Origin: an uncultured delta proteobacterium
GTDB taxonomy: Bacteria > Desulfobacterota > Binatia > UBA9968
Reading direction: 5' to 3'
DNA: 64,000 nt
NCBI GenBank assembly: GCA_963816145.1
Contig: CAWFJP010000030.1
Coordinates: forward strand, 128,001-192,000
Below the pieces are notes generated by a model. That model was not told where the DNA came from, made no database searches, and was given only the letters and a program-made list of their open reading frames with translations. The stretch's first letter is position 1. The number at the start of each line of letters is the position of its first letter. This document shows positions 1 to 8,214 of the stretch, piece after piece. A program made the position numbers and the translations under genes.

Positions 1-448
1 AACGATCCGCAACGATCGCGCTCAAAAGCTCACTCCGATACAACTTAAATATTTCTGGGAAACTCCACACCTGATGCGCCAAAACCGCTGCCGGCGCACC
101 ACCGCGGGTGAATCGCCAACAAACCAGATTACCGCACAGTCTCTGAACTCGGTTCCGTCCATTAGGGTTTTGCCAGGGTGGCGGTCTGCCGGCTATTTCG
201 ATTTCTCACTTTGCTTTCGATCCACGCGCCGTGTGGTTCAGCAATTTTGTTCCCGCTTTTATACTAAGGCCTGTCGCTTCATTTCCTTCAGAAGACCTAG
301 CCAAATCCAAGTGCGAGGATGCGATCTTCCTGAAACGTCAGTGTTTTCCCTCCGAGACATAGGGACAAATCGGACACAGTGAATCTGATAGAAATTTACC
401 GGCCCGCTAACTCTTCCAAAGCACAGCGATATTGAGCGAGGAGAGTTT

Positions 449-464
449 TGGCATATCGTTTGTA
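449..464 (+). promoter_or_regulatory. putative sigma-54 (-24/-12) promoter of the BON/stress gene cluster
   Basis: TGGCATATCGTTTGTA = GG-N10-GT variant of TGGCAC-N5-TTGC, about 65 nt before the ATG at 530. Confidence 0.5.
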
Positions 465-529
465 AGTTAATAAGTTTGAGACCCAGTTCCCGGCCAAACA
501 TAAAAGCAAAATGCCGAAAAGGAGGAGAG

Positions 530-880
530 ATGAAATATTTATTTTGGCTGACGCCCGCCGTTCTAAGTTGCACCTTAATATTGCCGGGTTGCGACAAAGG
601 TCAAAATGATCGCGCGCCGTCATCGGAAAGCGCACCGGGCGCTAACGCGATGAAGATGTCGGATGCCGACTTGGAAAGCGCGATTCGCGCCAAATTAGAA
701 AGCGATGACGCCATCAAACAGGCGAATTTATCGGTGAGCGTCGACGCCGACGCGAATAAGGCAACTTTATCAGGCAAGCTAGACTCCCAAGAACTCAGGA
801 CTAAAGCGATTGAGCTCGCCAAGAGCGCGCAGCCGACTTTAACTATCGAAGACAAGATCGATGTTAAGCCGGCCGCTTAA
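530..880 (+). CDS. BON-domain lipoprotein
   Basis: AGGAGG RBS before ATG at 530; signal peptide with lipobox LPGC; BON pattern D..L...I...L...ISV......ATLSG.... Confidence 0.85.
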   Translation: MKYLFWLTPAVLSCTLILPGCDKGQNDRAPSSESAPGANAMKMSDADLESAIRAKLESDDAIKQANLSVSVDADANKATLSGKLDSQELRTKAIELAKSAQPTLTIEDKIDVKPAA

Positions 881-907
881 GTTGGTCCGAGTAGAGAGCT
901 TCACAGA

Positions 908-2020
908 ATGGCAGCTGCCAAGACAATTCAACTACCAGGGGCAGGAAAGAATATGCAACATATCGCTTCAATCTCTGTCAATGGATTTTCTTGCGCCAGG
1001 GATCTCGCGGCGCCACTTTGTGGGCTCGTGCTAGCCGGCGGCGAGGGACGGCGACTCAAGTCTTACATAAAGCGCTTGCGCGGTGACTCGTTGCCCAAAC
1101 AGTATGTGAAGTTCACCGGCGCTCATTCCATGCTTGAACACACCTACCGTCGAGCTGAAAAACTGATTCCCAGGGAGCGACTATTTACAGTCGTCAACCA
1201 GGCCCATATGAAGCACCAAGCTGTGGTCGATCAGCTCGGTGGGCGGGAGCCGGGCACAGTCATTGTGCAACCGGAAAATCGCGAGACCGGTCCAGGCTTG
1301 CTGCTGCCGTTGATGCACATCTACAAACGCTACGCGAACGCGATTGTCGCCGTGTTTCCGTCCGATCAGTTTATCTGGGAAGAAGACCATTTGATGAGAC
1401 ATGTTCGCCTTGCGCACGCGATCGTCAAGCGTGTTCCGTCCAAGCTCGTTTTACTTGGCATCAAGCCCGATTATGAAGAGTCCGAGTACGGTTACATCGT
1501 GCCCGACTTCGACGCGGCTGCCAACGGTTGGGGGATCTGCACTGTGACAGATTTCGTCGAAAAGCCGGATGTCATACGCGCTCACAGGCTCACTGCGCGA
1601 GGTGCTTTGTGGAACACGATGATGATGGTTTTCAAAGCGAGCGAATTGCTCCAATGGGTGGAGGAACTACGGCCGGAGATGTATCACCCCTTCAAGCACA
1701 TCTACGCAGCGATCGATACGGCATTGGAGAAAGCCATGGTTCGGGAAATCTACGATGGTCTCGAAAGCGTTAACTTCTCGAAGCAGCTGCTCGAACCAAT
1801 GGCGCGACAACATCCGGACCGGCTGGCAGTTCTCCCCGTAAGTAATGTTACTTGGAGCGATTGGGGTAGCGAGTCGCGGATTGTCAAAACCCTAAGGCGA
1901 ATTGGACGTGTGCCGCAGACCCTTGTTGATGCGCCCACGAATGCCAATGAAACCGCCCGGCCGGGTCTGCGACCGCTGCCGTGGCCTGATTTGATATTGC
2001 AATCACGGCCGGGTCGCTAA
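908..2020 (+). CDS. ManC-like sugar-phosphate nucleotidyltransferase (mannose-1-P guanylyltransferase family, no PMI cupin domain)
   Basis: LAGGEGRRL, PKQY, QPENRETGP, FPSDQFI, YGYI, FVEKP, WNT, WSDWG motifs; start may be 953. Confidence 0.85.
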   Translation: MAAAKTIQLPGAGKNMQHIASISVNGFSCARDLAAPLCGLVLAGGEGRRLKSYIKRLRGDSLPKQYVKFTGAHSMLEHTYRRAEKLIPRERLFTVVNQAHMKHQAVVDQLGGREPGTVIVQPENRETGPGLLLPLMHIYKRYANAIVAVFPSDQFIWEEDHLMRHVRLAHAIVKRVPSKLVLLGIKPDYEESEYGYIVPDFDAAANGWGICTVTDFVEKPDVIRAHRLTARGALWNTMMMVFKASELLQWVEELRPEMYHPFKHIYAAIDTALEKAMVREIYDGLESVNFSKQLLEPMARQHPDRLAVLPVSNVTWSDWGSESRIVKTLRRIGRVPQTLVDAPTNANETARPGLRPLPWPDLILQSRPGR

Positions 2021-2049
2021 CGATTCAGCCGCGAGCTGGAGCTCACACT

Positions 2050-2247
2050 ATAGGCACGATTCTAATCATCATACTAATTCTGCTGCTTGTCGGCGCATTG
2101 CCCTCATCGCCAAACGGCAGATGGACCGTTTGGGGGATGACTACAAGCACGAAAGAATCTCACGCCGAGAGTATGAAACCCACAGAAGTCAGATCGAAAG
2201 CGGGTCAATATTCTATTAAAAACCTTGAACCCAATAATGCCGCCTAA
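2050..2247 (+). pseudogene. DUF3309-like small membrane protein, ATA start and divergent C-terminus
   Basis: GGAG RBS, then (I)GTILIIILILLLVGALPS, matching the DUF3309 N-terminus; the second TM helix is absent; not in the ORF track. Confidence 0.55.
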
Positions 2248-2292
2248 CGGTCCCATCGGCCGTTAGCAGCGCCCGCTGAGGAGGAACTCGCT

Positions 2293-2616
2293 ATGAAACG
2301 ATCGGCTCTTACACCCATTATAGGTTCGTTTGCTTTAGCTCTGCTGTTGTCCGTGACTGGCTGCACGTCCATGACCGGTGAAACGGCGGGACAATATGTC
2401 GACGATTCGACGATCACTACTTCCGTGAAAGCCAAGCTGGTAGCGGACAAGGTGGTGAACGTTACCCGGATCGATGTCGACACGACGAATCGTGTGGTCT
2501 CACTCAATGGCGTGGTCGAGTCGCCTGAACAGAAGACACGCGCTGAGCAACTGGCCATGCAAGTGGGCGGCGTGCGCCGAGTGGATAATAATTTGCAAAT
2601 CCAACGGCGCAACTAA
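2293..2616 (+). CDS. OsmY-like BON-domain lipoprotein
   Basis: GAGGAGG RBS; lipobox VTGC; GQYVDDSTITTSVKAKL...IDVDTTNRVVSLNGVV. Confidence 0.9.
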   Translation: MKRSALTPIIGSFALALLLSVTGCTSMTGETAGQYVDDSTITTSVKAKLVADKVVNVTRIDVDTTNRVVSLNGVVESPEQKTRAEQLAMQVGGVRRVDNNLQIQRRN

Positions 2617-2669
2617 CACTGCTCCCGGGCAAATCGACGGTAAATAGGCTTTAAAGGAGAACACCGTAC

Positions 2670-2942
2670 ATGCACGCAGCTGGAAATTATCGATTCCCAC
2701 TTTTGATCGTCGGCGTCGGCCTGGCCATATTGGTAGGGTTTATGTGGTCGCCCCGAGCCGGGAAAGAGCTGCGCGAAGAACTACGGCGCGACAGGGATGA
2801 AGGCGTAAACTTCATGAGCGGCAAACGAGAAAAAGTCCGGGTCGGCGCCGATCGTTGGTTCGCCAAGATTAGCGAATATTTTGGCGGCGCCAAGGCCCGA
2901 CTCCGTGGCCACCTTGGCGAGCAGGCAGATCGGGCAGAATAA
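2670..2942 (+). CDS. YtxH-like general stress protein
   Basis: AAGGAG RBS; TM helix followed by SPRAGKELREEL (APxSGxExR pattern) and a charged helix. Confidence 0.7.
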   Translation: MHAAGNYRFPLLIVGVGLAILVGFMWSPRAGKELREELRRDRDEGVNFMSGKREKVRVGADRWFAKISEYFGGAKARLRGHLGEQADRAE

Positions 2943-3008
2943 CACGATAAAAGGCCACGGCATAGGCGGCGTATCTCCAGGTTTCAAACATGCCATTGGA
3001 CGATGCAC

Positions 3009-3158
3009 ATGTTAATGGCGATCTTCTTTCTTATCTTGCTAATTTGGTTGGCAGGCGTGCTTACCGGGTACACACTGGGTGGTTTGCTTCACCTCCTCCT
3101 ACTGCAGGCATTGATTGTTCTCTACCTCAGATATCTCGAAGCACACACGCGATCATAA
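3009..3158 (+). CDS. lmo0937-family small membrane protein (49 aa)
   Basis: MLMAIFFLILLIWLAGVLTGYTLGGLLHLLLLQALIVLYLRYLEAHTRS; W.lG....Y.lGG..H.LL signature; below the ORF-track cutoff. Confidence 0.75.
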   Translation: MLMAIFFLILLIWLAGVLTGYTLGGLLHLLLLQALIVLYLRYLEAHTRS

Positions 3159-3178
3159 AATGACCCTGGGAGCAAAAT

Positions 3179-3397
3179 ATGAAACCACTCATCCTCGCCG
3201 GTATCGCCTTGATTCTGCTCGGTATCTTAGCGCTGTCCTATAACCGTATATCCTACACCAGCAAAGAAAAAATCCTCGATATTGGTCCAGTCGAGGCGAC
3301 TGCCGAAAAAGAAAAGTCGATACCACTGCCGCCCTTGCTCGGCGGACTAGTTTTAGTTGCAGGAATCGGCCTGGTTGCGGCGGCTTACAAGAAATAG
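3179..3397 (+). CDS. small two-TM membrane protein (DUF3185-like)
   Basis: TM - SYTSKEKILDIGPVEAT..EK.IPLPP - TM; GGGAG RBS. Confidence 0.75.
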   Translation: MKPLILAGIALILLGILALSYNRISYTSKEKILDIGPVEATAEKEKSIPLPPLLGGLVLVAGIGLVAAAYKK

Positions 3398-3443
3398 TCG
3401 AAAATGTTCCATCCAATTTCCCACCAAGAATAAGGAATAAGTT

Positions 3444-4064
3444 ATGTACAAAGCCAAACAATATAATCTAAGCGGCCTCAAAGGGATCTCGGATCAGACA
3501 CTGGAGATGCATTTCAAACTTTACCAAGGCTATGTCAACGAGACCAACAACCTTCACGAAAAGATCGCCCAAATCCTGCGGGATGGCAAGGTCGATCAAG
3601 AAGAAATGCCCGCCTATTCGGAACTCAAACGACGCCTTGGTTTTGAATATAACGGCATGGTGTTGCACGAGTACTACTTCGGCAATTTGAAGAAAGGCGG
3701 AGGCGGAGGACCTGATTCACAATCCTCGTTTATTAAAGCCGCCACCGTTAGTTTCGGTAGCTATAATCTTTGGCAGGCGGATTTCACCGGCGTCAGCAAA
3801 ATGCGCGGCGTCGGATGGGCGATTTGTTATCAGGATCCGACTACGGATCAGTTGTCGAATCACTGGGTCTCCCTGCACGAGATCGGCAATATCGCCGGCT
3901 ATAACCCTGTGCTTGTCATGGACGTTTGGGAGCACGCTTTTCTTCTCGATTATAAACCGGCGGATCGAGCGAAATATATCGAGGCGTTTTTTGCAAACAT
4001 CGATTGGACAATAGTCGACGGGCGACTGCGAAGACCGGCAATTCGGCGCTCTCACGCAGCCTAG
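3444..4064 (+). CDS. Fe/Mn superoxide dismutase family protein
   Basis: metal ligands in LEMHF, VLHEYYF and DVWEHAFLLDY. Confidence 0.9.
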   Translation: MYKAKQYNLSGLKGISDQTLEMHFKLYQGYVNETNNLHEKIAQILRDGKVDQEEMPAYSELKRRLGFEYNGMVLHEYYFGNLKKGGGGGPDSQSSFIKAATVSFGSYNLWQADFTGVSKMRGVGWAICYQDPTTDQLSNHWVSLHEIGNIAGYNPVLVMDVWEHAFLLDYKPADRAKYIEAFFANIDWTIVDGRLRRPAIRRSHAA

Positions 4065-4193
4065 CACAGTGCATATTTTGAAACGCATCCCCGATGGTCG
4101 AGTCGCGGCGGCGACTTATGTTCCTGTCCGGCTCCATACGAACGCAAGTGTCCGATAGGGGATCGCAATGCGATCCGGAAAGCGTAACCCCCT

Positions 4194-4439
4194 ATGACTT
4201 ACGCTAACTCGTTAAGAACCATGGGCCAGTTGCTAGAGTCCGCGAACATTGTCGCTTTCGAGGTAAAAAAAACCGGCCAATACTATATTGTCCAAAGCGA
4301 TTCGTTGACGCGCACGGGCAAATGGATGTTGCGAAACGCCCTTAGCGGGGCCGATGTTTCAGTACCAAACGGCCGCCGATCGGCCGCTGAGCGCTCCTTG
4401 TGTTTCACGCAACCGGATATTTCACGGCTTGACGCCTAG
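4194..4439 (+). pseudogene. hypothetical protein, probably truncated by a premature TAG
   Basis: 81-aa ORF; the frame reads on past TAG as GKRRRREHSSAH. Confidence 0.35.
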
Positions 4440-4623
4440 GGGAAAAGACGAAGGCGAGAACATTCGTCCGCGCACTGATGACGGGTGGAATCACGATGGC
4501 TTTGATGCCCCGCTCGCGGCAGGAATCCTTTGTGCTGTCATCGCCTATGACCGCTGGCGCCTCACGCCACAGCGCGAATAGATCTTGCCCTTTATGGCCA
4601 ACGATCAACGGCTTGCGCACTGA

Positions 4624-6072
4624 TCACTCGGATTTCTTGTAATCGGCTACTTTAATTTCGTGTTTTTTTAACAAATCATAGAAATCCGCCCGATATTTCC
4701 CGGCAATCTCAGCAGCTTTCGACGCTTTACCACTGCAAATCTCCAGCAGCTGAATGAGATATGCTTTTTCAAATTCTGCCCTGGCTTCTTTTAACGACTT
4801 GAGAGCTTCCGGCGTGGGTAACAGATCGGCCTGCGGCAGACCCACTACGGGCGTTGGAACCGCCGGCACTTCTTTCTGTACGACTAGATCGTCGGTAATA
4901 ACATCCTGCTGCGTCATGGTCACGGCATACTCCAAGGTATTCTCCAATTCGCGCACGTTGCCTGGCCAGTCATGCTGCATCAGCTTTTGCATCGCCTTAG
5001 GAGTCAGGCCGGTGACGTTCTTCTTCGTTTGTTGGCAAATCTTTTTCAGCAGATGATCGACGAGATGGGGAATGTCTTCCGCGCGATCTTTTAGCGGCGG
5101 CAGAATCAGGGGAATGACATGAATGCGATAGAAGAGATCTTCACGAAATGTCCCCTTCTTCACTTCCTCGACCAAGTCTTTCTTCGTCGCGACTACCACC
5201 CGAACATCGACTTGAACCGGTTTATCGCTCCCGACGGGATAAAATTCACGTTCTTCCAATGCCCTCAAGAGCTTCACCTGGATGGTGATCGGCATGTCGC
5301 CGATCTCATCGAGAAAAAGCGTGCCTTCATGAGCCTGGGTAAATAACCCCTTGGTGCTGCGCACAGCTCCTGTAAACGCGCCTTTCTCATGTCCGAAAAG
5401 TTCACTTTCGAGCAAGGTTTCCGGGATGGCGGCGCAATTGATCGCGACAAATGGCTTATCCTTGCGTGCGCTCGCAAGGTGGATCGCCTTGGCGATCAGT
5501 TCTTTGCCGGTCCCGCTTTCGCCGTGAATGTAGACCGTGGAGTCGGCATTGGCGATTCGAGTCACCGCCTCGAGCACTCTTTGCATCTTATCGCTCTTGG
5601 CGACGATGTTGGCGAAATCATATTTTTCCTTCAACATGTCTTTGAGCCGGAGGTTTTCGGATGCGAGTTTGCGGCTTTCCAGAGCGCGCTCGATTTGTAA
5701 AAACAGCTCGCGCGGATCAAACGGTTTCGTAAGATAGGTGTAAGCGCCTCGCTTCATCGCCTCGACGGCGCTCTCGATGCTGGCATAACCGGTGAGAATG
5801 ATGACCGGCATCTCCGGATTGACCGAGTGCAAGCGCTCCATCAGCGTCATTCCATCTTGGTCAGCGATACGCAGATCGACGATCGATAGATCGAACTTGC
5901 CCCTCTTGGTCGCGTCGACTGCCGCTTCGGCATCGCCAGCCACCACCACATCGTAATTCGCGCCATTGAGCCGGGCTCTGACTAATTCGAGCAAATTCTG
6001 GTCGTCGTCGACCACCAAAAGTCTTGATGTCGGCATAACGATTCTCTCAATAGCCGTTTTATTTGTATCCAT
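4624..6072 (-). CDS. sigma-54-dependent response regulator (REC-AAA+-HTH), GlrR/QseF-like
   Basis: REC domain, GESGTGKE, GAFTGA, FLDEIGD, WPGNVREL; C-terminal AAEIAGKYRADFYDLLKKH resembles the GlrR HTH; start may be 6036. Confidence 0.92.
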   Translation of the reverse strand: MDTNKTAIERIVMPTSRLLVVDDDQNLLELVRARLNGANYDVVVAGDAEAAVDATKRGKFDLSIVDLRIADQDGMTLMERLHSVNPEMPVIILTGYASIESAVEAMKRGAYTYLTKPFDPRELFLQIERALESRKLASENLRLKDMLKEKYDFANIVAKSDKMQRVLEAVTRIANADSTVYIHGESGTGKELIAKAIHLASARKDKPFVAINCAAIPETLLESELFGHEKGAFTGAVRSTKGLFTQAHEGTLFLDEIGDMPITIQVKLLRALEEREFYPVGSDKPVQVDVRVVVATKKDLVEEVKKGTFREDLFYRIHVIPLILPPLKDRAEDIPHLVDHLLKKICQQTKKNVTGLTPKAMQKLMQHDWPGNVRELENTLEYAVTMTQQDVITDDLVVQKEVPAVPTPVVGLPQADLLPTPEALKSLKEARAEFEKAYLIQLLEICSGKASKAAEIAGKYRADFYDLLKKHEIKVADYKKSE

Positions 6073-6564
6073 ATCCGACCACTAACTCAGCGATAGTGCA
6101 GCGCAAATTTCCGGATTCAATGGTACCGCACCGACATGGAACCGACGGGTGTCAATGTCGCACCTTACTCAGTCAGGAAACCGGCGGCGAGAGGCCGGCA
6201 GGTTAGCTGACAAACTGCGCAATCCTACCCTCGCAACTCTTCGCGTCATCACGGTCTGGCACATAAGACATCAAACGGGGTGCCTCGGTCAACCTGTGAA
6301 GGTCGGCTGTGCACATCGATTCTTTTACACGCGTCATCCAGCCGAGCGCGTCCATCACAATCCGCTTGGGAACCCACCCATGGCAACATTGATTTCTCGG
6401 CTCGCTATAACACCGATCCGTGCGTCAACATGACATCCCATTGACGCAAGCTGGCCAACATCTATTGGGCCAACCCAACTAGTTAGTAAAGAGCTACAAT
6501 ATTATTTACGCCCAAGATACACCCGGTTAAACGGAATGATTCCAACATACTCCACCTGGTCAGT

Positions 6565-6580
6565 ATCAAGCCACGTGCCA
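6565..6580 (-). promoter_or_regulatory. putative sigma-54 promoter upstream of the GlrR-like regulator
   Basis: minus strand TGGCACGTGGCTTGAT (perfect -24 box, TTGA at -12). Confidence 0.55.
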
Positions 6581-6978
6581 CCATGTCCACACGATCTAAA
6601 GCGTGATATTTGCTGAAATTCTCGGTAACAACCCGTGACCCCGCCAATTCCGAATTGAAGGGTTTTTGCTAAGATGAAGGATTTTCTCTAACATTAGCTG
6701 AGGCAACGACCTACCGTTCGTGGTTTATGCAGGGGGAACGAAACAAATTTCCGTCGTAGCCCGCACTGGCCTTTGAATTGCCTTCGTAAGTGATGACAAG
6801 AAACGAAAATGTACTTGGCGAGTTAGATCTGGCTTCAAAAAAAGATGTTGGGTAACGTCGTTTCATAGTGATCGATCGCACAGGGAGATGTTGAGACTTA
6901 AACCCAGAGTGATTAAAGGACAATGACCGTCGGATAGGTTACGGCCAGATTCAATACGAGTGGCAGGAGATTTTCACA

Positions 6979-8160
6979 ACGTTTACACCGTTTTTCAATA
7001 TCGGCATCGCCGATGTCATCGACATTATCGTGGTGGCGGTTCTGCTCTACACAGCGATTGCGTTTCTTAAGCAGACCCGGGCAGCATTCATCATTCGCGG
7101 CATTTTTATTCTAGCCGCGATTTATATTCTCGCACGTTATCTCGATCTGCAGCTTACGGCGTGGCTCTTTCAAGGTTTCTTCGCTATTTTTCTGATCATC
7201 ATAGTGGTTATTTTCCAGGAGGAACTTAGACAGATATTCGAACGGATTGCGGTTTGGAGTCTCGCGCCATCCGGTGCCCCTTCACTGCGTTCGGATGCCG
7301 CTGACATCCTAATCGGCACGATCGCGGACCTGGCCAAGGACAAGATCGGCGCGTTGATCATCGTCGAAGGCAAAGATCCCATCGCCCGTCACATTACTGG
7401 CGGAATCGAATTGGAGGGAAAGATCAGCGAGCCTCTGTTAAAAAGCATTTTTGATCCCCATTCGCCGGGTCACGACGGCGCTGTCATCATCAAGAACGAT
7501 CAGATCGCCCGCTTCGCCGCTCACCTGCCGTTGTCAAAGGATTTCCGCCAACTAGCTCGTGTTGGCACCCGTCACGGTGCCGCCCTTGGCCTGGCCGAAC
7601 TAAGCGATGCTCTGTGCATCGCTGTTTCCGAAGAGCGTGGCAAGATTTCCCTGGCCCGCGATGGACAGCTGCGTCAAGTTGAAAATATGCAAGAGTTGGG
7701 TTCGTTGTTGCAGCGATTCTTACGCGAGAAATACCCGGCGTCGGAGCATCGCGGATTCTCATTTTCGCTAGTACGACAGAACTGGCCGGCAAAACTGGTG
7801 ACGTTCTCGCTTGCAGTCGGGCTTTGGTATGTGTTGGTACCCGGCTCGAGCACCATTGAAGTAACCTACAAACTTCCGGTGCAATTAGAAAATCTGCCGG
7901 CGGATATGCGTGTCCAAGAAGTCCAGCCTCGAGAAATAAAAGCAACATTTATCGGGCCGAAGCGAACCTTTTATTTTTTCGATCCCTCCAAACTCAAGGT
8001 CACGGTCGACCTATCATCCGCGTCAATCGGCCAAAAAACCCTACGACTTTCTGAGCAAAACATCCGCCATCCGCAAAATCTCACGCTACAACAGCTAAAC
8101 CCGGCGATGTTACGAATCTCGATAGCGCAGTCGCCGCGCAAAGAAAGTGACAGCGGTTAA
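6979..8160 (+). CDS. dacA: diadenylate cyclase (CdaA/DacA type, 3 TM + DAC) fused to a TM + YbbR domain
   Basis: FQEELRQIFE, IGALII, HDGAVII, GTRHGAALG, VSEERG; C-terminal YbbR-like beta domain; homology extends upstream of the GTG at 7030 to an ACG at 6979 behind AGGAG. Confidence 0.88.
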   Translation, partial: TFTPFFNIGIADVIDIIVVAVLLYTAIAFLKQTRAAFIIRGIFILAAIYILARYLDLQLTAWLFQGFFAIFLIIIVVIFQEELRQIFERIAVWSLAPSGAPSLRSDAADILIGTIADLAKDKIGALIIVEGKDPIARHITGGIELEGKISEPLLKSIFDPHSPGHDGAVIIKNDQIARFAAHLPLSKDFRQLARVGTRHGAALGLAELSDALCIAVSEERGKISLARDGQLRQVENMQELGSLLQRFLREKYPASEHRGFSFSLVRQNWPAKLVTFSLAVGLWYVLVPGSSTIEVTYKLPVQLENLPADMRVQEVQPREIKATFIGPKRTFYFFDPSKLKVTVDLSSASIGQKTLRLSEQNIRHPQNLTLQQLNPAMLRISIAQSPRKESDSG

Positions 8161-8214
8161 GCAAGCCATTTGTGAGAGCCAACGGGAACCCACTAAATGC
8201 CGCGCGGCGCGATC

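Noticed and set aside
6720-6800. ydaO riboswitch on the plus strand upstream of dacA
   Set aside because: GGGGGAAC and TCGTAAG are present but the CAGCTAAC and GGGGTGAATC cores are missing.
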